Source: Rebecca billardiae RCC1528
Lineage: Eukaryota > Protista > Haptophyta
Reading direction: 5' to 3'
DNA: 64,000 nt
Assembly: GCA_965240325.2 (NCBI GenBank)
Contig: OZ251240.1
Location: 558,001 to 622,000, forward strand
The notes beneath the pieces were generated by a model. It ran no database searches, had not been told where the DNA came from, and was given only the letters and a program-made list of their open reading frames with translations. Below, in pieces: positions 42,601 through 54,439 of this stretch. Both the position numbers and the translations under genes were made by a program. Position 1 is the first letter of the stretch, and the number at the start of each line of letters is the position of its first letter.

Positions 42601-44541
42601 TGTCCAGTCGGCCGCGCCGCCCGCCGCCGCGGCGGGCGGTGCACACGGCGGCGGCGCCGTCTCGGCGGTGTCGGAGGGCGCGCCGACGCCCGCGCCCGCA
42701 CCGCCCGCGCCGCCGAGCGCGCCGCGACCGGCCGCCGCGGCCGCGAGCGCGGCGGCGGACGCCGCCGTGCCGATGGCAGAGCGCGCGCGGCCCGCGCCCG
42801 AGCCGGCGCCCGCGCCCGCCCTCGTGCCCTACACTCGCGTGCCGAGTGCTGCCACGCCCGGCGGCGGCGTGGGCGCCGGCGGCGGCGCGGGCGCGGCCGA
42901 GGGCGGCGCAGCGGAGCCTACGCCGAGCCCCGCGCCGCCCAGCGCGGCCGCAGCCACGCCGCAGCCGAGCGCGGCAGCAGGCGACGCCGCCGGCGGCGCG
43001 GGCGCTGCCGGCGCGCCCGGCGGCGATGCGTTGGCGGGCGGTGGCGCTGCGAGCGGAGGGGCGGACGGCGGCGGCGGCGGCGGCGCCGAGGCTGCTGACG
43101 CGGGCGCCGACGCCGCGATGGCGGAGGCGGAGGCGGAGGCGCACGCCAAGCGCTCGCGCCGCCGCTCGCACACGCACCGATCCCGGCGCGCGAGTGCGGA
43201 CGAAGGAGCGGAGGGTGAGGGTGAGGGTGAGGAGGCGGAGGGGGGAGGGCGCGCGCGCACCGCGCCGCGCGGGCCGGGCGCCGGGCCGGACGGCGGCGGC
43301 GCGGATGGCGCGCTCGCGGCCGGTATGCCGCCGCAGGCTGCGGGCGCAGCGGGCGCGGCCGAGCCTGGCGTGAGCCTCGAGCCTGCCTCCGCGCTGCGAG
43401 GCGCGGAGGCGGAGGGCGGCGCGGCGCGGGGCGCGCACGCGGCGGATGAGCGCTCGCAAGACGGGAGCGCGCACGCGGCCGGCCGCGCCTCGGCGTCTTA
43501 CCCAGCTGAGTACGTGGCACCGGCGGAGTTCCCCGCGGAGTACCCGGCCCACGCCGAGGACCCAGCCGGGTACACCGCCCCGGCGGAGTACCCGGCTGAG
43601 TACCTCGCCGAGCTGCCCGCCGAGGCCGCCGCCGCCGCCGAGCAGGACGCGCGAGCGGCCGCGGACGGCGCGGATGACGCGCGCGCGCGCGCGGCCGCGG
43701 AGCGCGATGCGGGCTCGGCGGCTGGTGGCGGCGCGGCGGCGCAGGCCGGCGCGGCGCCGATGGAGGTGGACGCGCCCGCGCCCGCCGCCGCAGCCTCGCA
43801 CCCGCCGCCAACCGCCGCGGACGGCGCCGCCGCGCACGCGGCCGCCCCGATGGATGTGGACGTCGGCGGCGCGGACGCGGCGGCGGCGGCGCGCGACGAC
43901 GGCGGCGGCGCGGGCGGCGCCGAGGCGATGGGTGCCGATGGCGGCGGCGCGGCGGGCGGGGCGGAGGCCGTGGCTGCGGCGCGCGAGGCGGCCGACGCCG
44001 CCGCGGCCACGCTCAGCACCGAGCTCGCCTCGGCCGCCGTCGGCGCGGGCGAGGGCGGCGAGCACGCGCGCTCAGGCTCCTCCGCTGGCGGCAGTGCGCA
44101 CGGCGGCAGCGCGCACGGGAGCGTGCCGCCCTCGCCCGCGCCGCACGCGCTCGCGGGTGTGGTGTACCTGCCCGAGGGCACCGTCGCGCCCGGGCTGCGG
44201 CCGGGGCTCCCGCCGAGCGCGAGCGCCGCCGCCGCCTCGGCCGCGCCCATCCCGCCGCAGATCGCCATCACCGCCGACCCCTCCGCCCTCGCTGACTCAT
44301 CAGCAGAGGACAGCGGCGCGGCGGAGGCGGAGGCGGCGGCGGAGGGCGGCGGCGGCGGCTTCGGAGCGCCGGGCGGCGCTGCCGGCGGCGGCGGCGGCGG
44401 GGCGGCGGCGGGAGCGGGCGGCGGGGCGGGCGCGCGCGGCTCGGCGGCCGCGGTGTGCGCGGACGGCTACTCCGCCGCGTCCACCGCGGCGCTGGCGGCG
44501 GCAGGCCTCGAACCTCCGCTCGCCAGCCAGGGGGTTCGCAC

Positions 44542-44580
<39 letters not shown>

Positions 44581-45099
44581 GCAGCTGCAGCTGCCGGGCG
44601 TGGGCGGCGGCGGGGGCGGTGGGGGCGTGGGCGTCGCGCCGGGGTCGGGCGGCGGCTGCGCCGCGGGCGGCGCCGCCTCGCACTCGATGCAGGCGCAGCT
44701 CGTCAGCGTGAGCGGCGACGACGACGACTCGACGCGCCGCTCCAAGCGCGGCCGCACCGCCGGCCGCGCGGAGTGCTCACCCGCGCCGAGCGAGCGCTCT
44801 GCCGAGTCCGGCTCCTCGTCCGGCGGGTACTCGTCTGACGAGACCTCGTCGGAGGACGCGCGCGCGGGGCGCGGCGCGCGCACGCGCAACGTGCGCCAGT
44901 CCCTCGGCCCCGCCGCCGTCGTCGAGGAGCTCCTCAGTGCGACGGGCGCCGCCGCCGCCTCGTCCTCCAGCTCGGCGTGCGGCGGCGCGTGCGCGGCGGC
45001 TGCCGTGAGCGTGTGCACTTCCGAGTGCGGCTGCGGCAGCCCCGGGGCGCGTGGCAGCTCGCCGGGGCGCGGCGTGGGGATGGGCACCGGCATGCCGCC

Positions 45100-45143
<44 letters not shown>

Positions 45144-45205
45144 GCAGCCCGCAGGCCACGTCACCCGGCACGCCCAAGAGGCCGCAGGACGCGGCGGCGC
45201 CGCCC

Positions 45206-45260
<55 letters not shown>

Positions 45261-47859
45261 GCGCCAAGGGCAAGCTGGCGCCGCCGCTCGCGCCGAGCTC
45301 GCCGAGCTCGCCCGGCCCGCCCGGCGCGCCGCCCTTCGCCCTCTCCACGCGCGGCAAGCTCAAGCCCTTCCACTGGCGCAAGATGGGCGGCGCGGCCGAC
45401 CTGCGCGGCACCGTGTGGGACGAGGTTGGCGGTTACGACGTGAACGACCTGCTGCCCAACATCTCGCGGCTGTCGGAGGGGCTGGAGAGCCTGTTCACCG
45501 CGAGCGAGGCGAAGCCGATGCGCGCGCGCAACGCCTCCTCCGCCGGGCGGCGCACCACCGGCCCCGTCGTCCTCGAGATGCAGCGCGCGCACGCCGTCTC
45601 GATCGGCATCGCCAACGTGAAGGTGCGCGCGCCCTCCGTCGTGAGGGCGCTCGCGCGGCTCGACGCGCGCGCGCTCTCGCTCGAGCAGCTCGAGGCGCTG
45701 CTCGGCGTGATCCCGACGGACGACGAGCTGAAGAAGCTGCGCCGGTACGTCGGCGCGCACGCCGACGACCCCACCGTCCTCTCGCCGCCCGAGCAGTACC
45801 TGCTCCAGCTCGGCGCCGCGCCCAAGGCGCTGCGGTGCGTGCACGTGTGCATCACATTCCACTCGTTCCAGTCGGACGCGGAGCGCGCGCGCCACGCGGC
45901 CACGCTCGTGCAGAGCGCGTGCAACGAGCTGATGCACTCGCACAAGTACGGCGCGCCGCGCGCGCCGAGCGCGCGCGCAGCGCAGCGGGCCGAGCGCGCC
46001 GCGCGCCCCTCGGCGCGCTCAAATTAGCCTGCCCCTCCCCCCCGCGCCCGCGCCCGCGCCGCTCTGCGCTTCTGTGTGTGTGTTTGTGTTTGCGCGCGCT
46101 CACTCAGGCTGAGCAAGCTGCTCGGCCTCATCCTCGCGGTGGGCAACACGATGAACGCCGGCACCGCGTACGGCGGCGCGCGCGGCTTCTTCCTCGACTC
46201 GCTGCTGCGCATGGCGTCGGTCAAGGCGACTGGCACCGGTGCGGCGCGGCGCGCGGCGCGCGGCGCGCGGCGCCGGCAGCGCAGCGCGCGCCGGCCGGCC
46301 GCGCACGTGCCCACCGCCGGCCCCGCCTCACGCGCGCGCGCCCGGCCGCTCGCCGCGCGCCGCGCCCTTCGCCCGCAGACAAGCGCAACCTCTCCCTGCT
46401 GCACCTGACCGTGATGGCGCTGCTGGACGAGGACCGCGCCGCGCTCGATCTGCCGGAGGAGCTGCCCTCGCTGCCCAAGGCCGCGCTGATTGAGTACGAC
46501 CTGCAGGTGGGGAAGGCACTGTCTGAGCTGCGCGCGCAGCTGCGGCGCGTGGAGGGGTGCGTGCCGCCGATCGTGCCGCCGCAGTTCGAGGGGCGCTACC
46601 CGTACCTGCACGACGTCGACGTGACGCAGGCGCGCATCGCGGTGCGCACCACCTACGCCGCGACTGTCTTCATCGCGGTCGTGGAGCAATCCGCAGCGAC
46701 CGCGCCCGGCGGCGCGGCGGCGGCGGGCGGCGGCGCGAGCGGCGGCGGCGGCGGCGGCGGCGCGGGCCGGCTGCGCCGGCCGAGCCGGCCGAGCCGGGGC
46801 GGCGGCACGTCGGCCGACTCGGGCAGCTCGCGCGCGGGCAGCCCGACGCCGGGCGGCGGCGGCGGCGGCCTGAGCTCAGCGTCGGAGAGCGCCGCCGCGC
46901 CCCAGCACGCGGCCGCGGCCGCGCACGCGCCACACGGCCGGCGGCCGCGCGAGCTGTCGGCGGAGGACGTGCGCGACGGCAGCCTGCCGCCGCAGTACGG
47001 CGCGGTGGTCGCGCACGTCGAGATGCCCGTGCACGCGGGGCACACGTACCTGCTCGACGTGTGCGGCCTCGCCCCGCGCAAGAAGTACGCCGCGTACCTC
47101 TGCCTCGAGGACACGTTCGAGACGTGGGCGCCCGACGAGCTGCCGGTCGGGCTCTCGCTGCACGCCAAGCCGGTGCGCTTCATCACGCTGCCGGCGGGCG
47201 GCGGCGGCGCGCTCGACGGCGGCGGCGCGCGCATCGACGAGGAGGAGCTCACCGCGCTGCGCGCGGGCGACGCCGAGCACGGCGCGGACGACGACGACGA
47301 CGCGGCCGCGCTGCTCGAGCGGCGCAGGCCGGGCGGCGTGAGTGACGACTTCTCGCGCCAGCTCGAGCAGCTGCTGGGGCGCGCCGAGGGCGCGCGCGGC
47401 GCGGCGCCGCCGAGGCCGGCGGCGGTGCGCCGCGCGAGCACCGCCACGCTCGACACGGGCGGCGGCCACGCGCAGCCGCCGCCCGGCGGGCTCTCGCGCA
47501 CGCTCTCGCGCGACGAGCTGCAGCTGCCGCCGCCCGACGGGCTGCCGGAGAAGCACGTCGACGAGGACCCGGACGAGAAGCAGGCGCGCGAGCACGTCTT
47601 CGCCTTCCTCCGGCTCGCGCGGCCGACCGTCGCGGCGCTCGACGCGCTCGAGGGCGAGGTGCGCGACACGCTGCTCGAGCTGGGGCGCTACTTTGGCGAG
47701 CCCAAGTCGAAGGCGACCGAGGTGCTCGCGATGCTCGTCACGCTCAAGGACTTTGTGACCGAGTTCAAGAAGGTGAAGAAGGAGGTGGTCGAGCAGCGCA
47801 AGGTGCAGGAGCGCAAGGAGGCGCTCGCCGCCGTGCCCAGGCGGCGCACCTTCACCTAG
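36869..47859 (+). CDS. Giant formin (FH1 + FH2, about 3560 aa); introns 45946-46107 and 46239-46378
   Basis: Polyproline FH1 (about 45090-45260). FH2 motifs KLKPFHWRK, GTVW, LESLF, VLEMQRAHAVSIGI, IPTDDE and PEQYL. After splicing: LILAVGNTMNAG..GARGFFLDSL, LSLLHL, and YFGE..LKDFVTEFKK. Confidence 0.9.
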
Positions 47860-48513
47860 GGCGAGGGCCACTCCATGATCACGCTTGCGCTCGCCGGGCC
47901 GCGTCAGCTGACAGCTTGCAGCGTGCCGACTCAGGCGCGCGCGCGCGGCACATATGGCTGCTGCGAATATAAGTGGTGTTATTGGTACAATAACTGAGTG
48001 TGTACGAGCTGCATGACGGAGGGGCTCGCTGTGAGGCCTCTGCACTCCTGACTCCACTTACCTGTTTCGTCGCAGCCGCCCTCGCAGAATTTACACGGCG
48101 GGACTCTTCTGCGGGTACGCCCGCGCGGCCCGCGGGTGCACGAGCAAAGTGGCAAGTGCCCCGAGTGCCAGAGCGGCGGACGAACCACGATGTGTCATCG
48201 ACGACATATATACTGCTGCTCGGGACAACACGTATGGTGCGGATGCTACTAGGGACAACAGTAAGGTTCAACGTTCAAGCCATCATGTGAGACACTGTGT
48301 CCTCAGCGGAGATTCCCAGTGCTGGGCGTGCTGGCTACCGGGCCGGCACGCAGCCTGGCAGGGCCTCCTTCACACCAGCATATATGTGATGGGGTTATTG
48401 GCGGTACTTAATAACTGATTGTCTATACATATCGCGCGCGCGCCGCCGCGCGCCCGATAGACAATCCCGCCGCGCGCCCGATATAGACAACCCGATCCTC
48501 GGCACGCGCCGGT

Positions 48514-48955
48514 ACCCGCCGCTCGAGCCGGCTCTGCCGCTCGCGGCCCGTCCCGGTCACGCCGCCCGTCCCGGTCACGCCGCCCGGCCCGGCACCGCCG
48601 CCTAGACTTGAGCTAGGCTCGCGTGCGGCGCAGTGCAAGTTGTGACGCGTGCAGCAAAGGTGGTCATGCGGCGCGCATCAGAGCCAGACCGCGAGCGGCG
48701 AAGTCGACTCGAGCAGCGGGCGCGAGCCATGGGTGGCGGCGCCGGGCCTGGCGGCGTGACCGGGCAGCGGGCGGCAGAGCCGGCTCGAGCGGCGGGTGCG
48801 AGCCTTGGCGGCGGTGCCGGGTCTGACGGCGTGACCGGGCCGCGTGCGGCAGAGCCGGCTCGAACGGCGGGTGCGAGCCTTGGCGGCGGTGCCGGGCCGG
48901 GCGTGGCGGCGTGACCGGGCCGCGAGCGGCAAAGCCGGCGCGAACAGCGGCGGGC
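48514..48955. repeat. 72-bp GC-rich minisatellite (about 3.5 tandem units at 48687-48955) with one inverted unit (about 48514-48602)
   Basis: Unit GGCGGCGGTGCCGGG..GGCGTGACCGGGC..GCGGCAGAGCCGGCTCGAxCGGCGGGTGCGAGCCTT. The reverse-complement unit ACCCGCCGCTCGAGCCGGCTCTGCCGC..CCCGGTCACGCC lies upstream. Confidence 0.85.
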
Positions 48956-49449
48956 GAACCGGGCCGTCCCGGCAGCCGTCCTCACGGACCGAACCGCGGC
49001 CTGGCCCCAGCGGACGAAACTCTGAAGGCGGCCGAGCGCCAGAACCACGATGTCGCTGCTGGCTAGAGCCTGGGCAGCGAGTATTTGACCATCGCTGCCG
49101 GCTCCGCTAGTGGTCGCGAGGTGAGGCAGGGAGCCCCGGCCGTGCGAATTACACAATGTTATTGAATCACCGCAACTCACCGCGACTGCGACGCCGACGA
49201 CATATCCAACCGCGTCGGGCCATTGCAGTACTGTTCCGCGTCCCTCACCAGCCCCGCCTCGTTCGGCGAGACGACAGCACACCGCACCGCAGGTTGGGCT
49301 CGGCCGCCATGGATATCGTGACGACCAGGGATTCAGATTCGCGCAGGCCAGGGCGCCAGGCGGCCAGCCGCGAGCGGTCCGGGCGACGGGAGCGCTCGCG
49401 CTCGGCGGCGGCGCGCGCAACTCATCACTCCACCCCCGCCCCGCCGCAC

Positions 49450-51447
49450 ATGGACAGGCGGGCCGGCTCGCGGAAGCGCGGCTCGCGCGAGCCTCCGCCG
49501 CCGCGGCGCCAACGGCAGCCGCGCGCGGCGAATCTCGCCGACCGGCGCGCCATCGTCGCCGCCCTCGCCGACCGCGTCTTCAGCGACGAGGCGCTGCTCG
49601 AGCGCATCGTCGCGCAGCTGCTCGAGTTGTACGCGTGCCCCGAGGACCCGGTCGAGCTCGACGACGTGCTGCGGCTGCGCCGCGTGAACCGCGGGTTCGC
49701 CGCGCTGAAGTGGTCGGGGCTGCTCGTCGACTACGCCGAGATCGTGCTCGACCTGCCGCACCGGCCCAAGCTGCCCTCCAAGCTCGTGCACGCGCTGATG
49801 GAGCACGAGGACAAGTGCCAGCTGCGCCGCCGGCAGCTCAAGCTCAAGTGGGCGGCGGAGCTGAAGCCCGCGGTGCGCAAGTACGAGGCGGAGGTGAACG
49901 CGTGGGTCGGCCGCCAGCAGATGCAGCTGCGCGCGCTGCGCGACGCGTGCATGCCGCTCGCCGCCGCGATCGCGCCGCTCATTGTCGACGCGCCGCCGCC
50001 GCGCAAGCGCGCGCGCCGCGGCCGCGCGCCCACGCGCCGCGGCGGCGGCGGCGCGGCGGCGGCCGGCGCGCTCGAGGCGGCCGGCGGCGCCGACGGCGGC
50101 GGGCCCTCGGACCTCGCCGCGCCCGCCGCCGCGCCGCTGCCCGCGCCGCCCGCGCCGCTCGCGCTGAGCGAGGCGGAGGAGCGCGCGTTCCGGCTGTGCG
50201 TGACGACTGCGGCCGCGTTCCGCGAGTGCTACTGCTTCGAGGAGGAGAAGCGGCGGAACCACGAGCTGGCGCACGGCGCGACGCCCGACGAGCTCGGCAT
50301 CGAGACGCGCTGCCGGCACGACGCCGCGGAGGAGGAGGACTTCTTCCGCCAGACGGCGGCGGTGCAGCACTCGGTCGAAGGGCTGGTGATCGAACAGGCT
50401 CCCGCGCTGCGCACGCTGGCCGAGCACGGGCGGTACCCGCTGTGCGCGGCGGCGCTGACCGTGCTCGCCGAGCTGCACACCGCGATGGACCTGCAGGCCA
50501 TCGGCAGCGCGCCCGAGCGCTCGCGCAGCTGCGCGCGCGACAACTACGCGTGCGCGGCCGCGTGCCTGCGCGCGGCCGCGCACCCGGCGCGCGGCACGGC
50601 TGGCGCGGCGCTCGCGCTGCTCTGCATCCAGTCGCGCGACGGGGCGCGGTGGGAGCTGGTGCACGAGGCGGTGGAGGCGCTCGAGGCCGTGCTCCTCGAC
50701 CCGTCCGCGCGCTGCGCCGAGCTCTCGCGCGCGTGCTTCGGCCTCTCCCTCGTGCTCGGCTCGATCTCGGACACGTACCACCTGGCTGACCCGATGCTGC
50801 CGCACAGCGTCGCCACGGACGCGCACTTCCTGGCGCAGCTGCGCGCGGGGCAGAGCCGGCGCGAGGCGTCGGGCGTGCTCGCGCGGCTGGGCGAGCTGCA
50901 GTCCCTCGCCACGCTCGTCCCCGCCGGCGGCGCCGCCGCCGCCTCCGAGCCGAACGCCCTCAGCGCGCCGCTCGGCCAGCAGCTCCACCTCACCGCGCCG
51001 CTCGGCAGCGTGTCGCGCCGCGCCGTGCACCAGCTCGGCCTGTACGCGGAGGACGCGCTCAAGGCGAGCGAGAGCGTGGAGGAGGACCTGCTCGACATCG
51101 AGGAGGAGCTCGCGCACGCCGGGGTCGGGCTGGGGCCGGGCGGGCTCGGCGCCGCCGACACCGACGACGACGACGACGACGACTCTGCGCTCGACCCGCC
51201 GCCCGGCGGCGGCGGCGGCGGCTTTGCGCACGGCGGCCCTTGGCTCCCGCTGGTGGCGGGCCTGCAGCCGCTCGGCCTGCCGCCGATGGTGCACTTTGGC
51301 GGCGCGATCCCGCTCCACCTGGGCAACCTGCTGCCCGGCGGGCTGGGAAACATGCTCGGGCACCACCACCTCATGCCCGTGCACGCGCCGCCTGGGCGGA
51401 TGGGCGCGTTTGGGTTCGGCCCGCCCTCGCCTGAGGACGCGGACTGA
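49450..51447 (+). CDS. Hypothetical nuclear protein with an F-box-like segment and helical domain
   Basis: Long high-GC3 ORF. EALLERIVAQLL..DDVLRLRRVNRGF is F-box-like; NLS-like PPPRKRARR; acidic and Gly/Pro-rich tail. Start uncertain (49309 or 49450). Confidence 0.7.
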   Translation: MDRRAGSRKRGSREPPPPRRQRQPRAANLADRRAIVAALADRVFSDEALLERIVAQLLELYACPEDPVELDDVLRLRRVNRGFAALKWSGLLVDYAEIVLDLPHRPKLPSKLVHALMEHEDKCQLRRRQLKLKWAAELKPAVRKYEAEVNAWVGRQQMQLRALRDACMPLAAAIAPLIVDAPPPRKRARRGRAPTRRGGGGAAAAGALEAAGGADGGGPSDLAAPAAAPLPAPPAPLALSEAEERAFRLCVTTAAAFRECYCFEEEKRRNHELAHGATPDELGIETRCRHDAAEEEDFFRQTAAVQHSVEGLVIEQAPALRTLAEHGRYPLCAAALTVLAELHTAMDLQAIGSAPERSRSCARDNYACAAACLRAAAHPARGTAGAALALLCIQSRDGARWELVHEAVEALEAVLLDPSARCAELSRACFGLSLVLGSISDTYHLADPMLPHSVATDAHFLAQLRAGQSRREASGVLARLGELQSLATLVPAGGAAAASEPNALSAPLGQQLHLTAPLGSVSRRAVHQLGLYAEDALKASESVEEDLLDIEEELAHAGVGLGPGGLGAADTDDDDDDDSALDPPPGGGGGGFAHGGPWLPLVAGLQPLGLPPMVHFGGAIPLHLGNLLPGGLGNMLGHHHLMPVHAPPGRMGAFGFGPPSPEDAD

Positions 51448-51500
51448 CTGACTGACTGACTGACTGGCTGACTGACTGACTGGCTGGCTGGCTGGCTGGC
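51442..51500. repeat. (GACT)n/(GGCT)n tetranucleotide microsatellite
   Basis: Visible run beginning at the last codon and stop (GAC TGA) of the upstream gene. Confidence 0.9.
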
Positions 51501-52187
51501 CCGGACGCGCCCGGGCTGGCGCGCGCTCGGGCTCGAGCGCGCGCGGGGCGGCGCGCGCCCGCGGGGCGCAAGAGGCAGGCAGGTGCAGAGGGCCTACAAC
51601 CCTCCCGAGGCCATGCGTGCATGCTGGGAGCTCCCCAGCCGGCCCGGATCTGAACTATCTCCCCCGACCGGCACCGCGTGCGCTCCACTGCTTTCACTTC
51701 CAGCATGACGGCACATCCTCTTCCATCCTGGAATCCCATCATGGCCGCCATCATCATTCAGTGCATGGCCAAGCTGTTTTACCTTGTTTCCTTTCGCGGA
51801 CTAGCCGACGCTAGCGCGGCTGCTGGCGCTGCACGGCGAGCGACGCCGCGGCCACCGCGGGCCGGCGCACCCCGCCGCGGCCGGGCCGCGCCTGGGCCAC
51901 CCGAGTCGGGCAAACGCCCGGCCGCGTCCGGCCGGGACCGCTACGCCGCCTGCGTCGGCCGCCCCGCGCCCGCGCGCCTTCGGCGCCGTGAGCCGCGGAC
52001 GGCCGGACACTCAGTGACGGTGACAGTGTCGCGCCTCAGACAGTCAGTCTCAGACGGATGATGCCCCACGGGCACGGCCACGCGGCGGCCGGCTGGCGAC
52101 GGGCTTAGTCTTACTTACCGCCCGCGGCTTACAGACTCAGCTACCGAGACCGAGCGGCAGCCGCTCGTGCTCGGTAAATTACATTAT

Positions 52188-54275
52188 GGCGCACGCCCCC
52201 CCCCCCGAAAGGTCTGAGCGTGAGCGAAAGCCGGGGGGGGCGGCGCACGTGCTCCGCAAAATCAAAAAAGAGGATGCGCGCAGGATTTGGGGGATTTTTG
52301 TAGGTGGATTTAGGTGTGAAATCCGCATTTGACTCGATATCGCTGCTCATGATTGCGTTTGTACTGCTCCTTAATCCTTGGATAGTAAGTAATAGAAGAA
52401 ATCGAACTCGAATAGGACAAAGGCGTCTGCACCTTTCTGATAGTGGTGGGCCGTTCGCACAGAACACACTTCCCTTGTGTTCGAACATTCTATGCTGGTA
52501 AGATGTCTGAGTTGTAAGAGCCTGAAACAGCTCACCAAGTATAGGAAAGAGAGTTTGTGGATCGGCTCTTCTGCCGCTTGAAGTGGGGTGTGTGATCGTG
52601 GTTGGTATTTGGTTAAGCCCCTTGATCAATACACATGTAAGATCTCATCGAAATCCTATGGGGCGACCGGTATCTTTGAATGAAGCGCCAAACACGCCAT
52701 CTTTCAGCGCGCCTACAGTTTACTTAAGAATAAGAGACGCATCTTCGAAGCGAAACGCTGATATTAGGCGCGAGGCCGCGCAAAACGCTACGACCCGTAT
52801 GGATTTTTGGACGGAATCTTACCGGTAAATAGTATTTCAAATTATACGCCCCTTCTATACCTGATTAATATGCAGCAAGCTAACTAAGGCCGGGAGGTCG
52901 TAGTTTCAGAGTGTTTGCCTCGGCGGCTCGGTGCGAGCAGCGGAATCAGCGGAGGACTCGGGCGGTGAGGCTGCGCACGGCGTGAGGCGCGGCTTCGGCC
53001 GAGTCGGTCCGCGGAGGATGCGCCGCGCTCGGCCCGCTGCGCAGCGGCAGTGTGCCTCACTTTGCCCCGAGCGCCGTCCTCCGCGTTGCTCGCACGAATG
53101 GTTTGCTGTGCCGCTCACGCCGGACACTCGTCGGGTCGATCAGCAAGGTGTTGAGTGACATTGGATACCCACGACGAAGGCCTAGCCTTGTGTACCCCTT
53201 CTCAGCACGAATGCAAGCGGACGCTAATGCTCCACATCGATGGTACCAACACTCACGCCGCCGTCTTTTCCAGCTTCCCGTCAGTCGACAAGTCGCCGGG
53301 AAGCATTTGCAGGAAGCCGTCGTGCGTTTCCGAGCGAGTCGCTGCAACTGCCTGCTCGGTCATCGGTGGCGACCGCTGGCGGCTACGACGGCAGCGGGCT
53401 CAGCAGCGAGCTCGGCGGCGGGGTCCGGGCTGCGATTGTGATGGTGGCGGTGATGGCAGCCGGCTTGGTGGCGGCGATGTGCGCAGCGACGTCAGTCACT
53501 CGTCAGGTGCCCGTGCGGGCGCGGCGGCGGGCTTGGCGGCGGCGATGTAGGCGGTGATGGTGGCGGGCTCGACGGGGGGGACTGTAGCGGTGATTGTGGT
53601 GGCGGTAACTGGTGGCTGTGGGTGGCGGAGTGGCAGTGAGCCAGGCAGCTGACAGCGGTGATTCAAGGGCTCGGTGACCGGCGCCGGAGTGCCCGGTCGG
53701 GCTCGGGCTCGGCGGCGGGCTCGGCAGCCCCGTTGTGGAGACGAGCTGTGAGGCGGCTAACTACAGACCCGCGAGACCGAGTGTGCTTGGAATTATTGAT
53801 GCAGTCGATGAGTCACATCATCTTGCGCGCCGCTCTGCCTCGCTGCGTCGCCGTTACTCACTGTCACTGACAGCTGTGAGCAGCATGATGGGCCTCGGCT
53901 CCGCGCAGTCCGCGCGGACCGTCACGGCTCATGCACCGTCGGACCGCGGTACGACCGTGTCGCGACACAAGTCACAAGCCGGCTGCTGCTCACGATGAGC
54001 TGCGCGATTCGTGAAGTACTGGGTCACTGAGCTGTGAGCAGCCGATGACCGAGCAGGCAGTTGCGACGGCAGGCAGTTGCTGCTCTCCGCAGGCAAGTCC
54101 GACACAAGCCGGCTGCTCGGCTCACCGAATAACGTGTCAACTCGTGGCAACTTGCTCGTGGGCTGCGCGATTCGTGAAGACTGAAGTACTACTGGAACAG
54201 TGTCAGAACGCGACAACTAGGGCCGTGCGCCCTCAACTTCGTTGTTTACTACCCGAAGATCGGCGTAGCCGATCA
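52188..54275 (+). mobile_element. Non-autonomous Helitron2/Helentron-like element, copy 2 (2088 bp)
   Basis: Same 5' end (GGCGCACGCCCC..GAAAGGTCTGAGCGTGAGCGAAAGCCGGGG) and 3' end (ACTAGGGCCGTGCGCCCTCAACTTCGTTGTT..GATCGGCGTAGCCGATCA) as 13980-15888. Flanked T|T. Confidence 0.75.
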
Positions 54276-54381
54276 TTAATTATACTTATCGTACTGTACG
54301 ACCGACTACTAATATAATCCGACCGTATCCGTACTGTAGTAGATTTGTACTTGTAGTCTGAAGCAGCTGCGCTTCAGTAGC

Positions 54382-54386
<5 letters not shown>

Positions 54387-54438
<52 letters not shown>
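54387..54438. repeat. (TA)n microsatellite
   Basis: Visible TA run. Confidence 0.95.
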
Positions 54439-54439
<1 letters not shown>

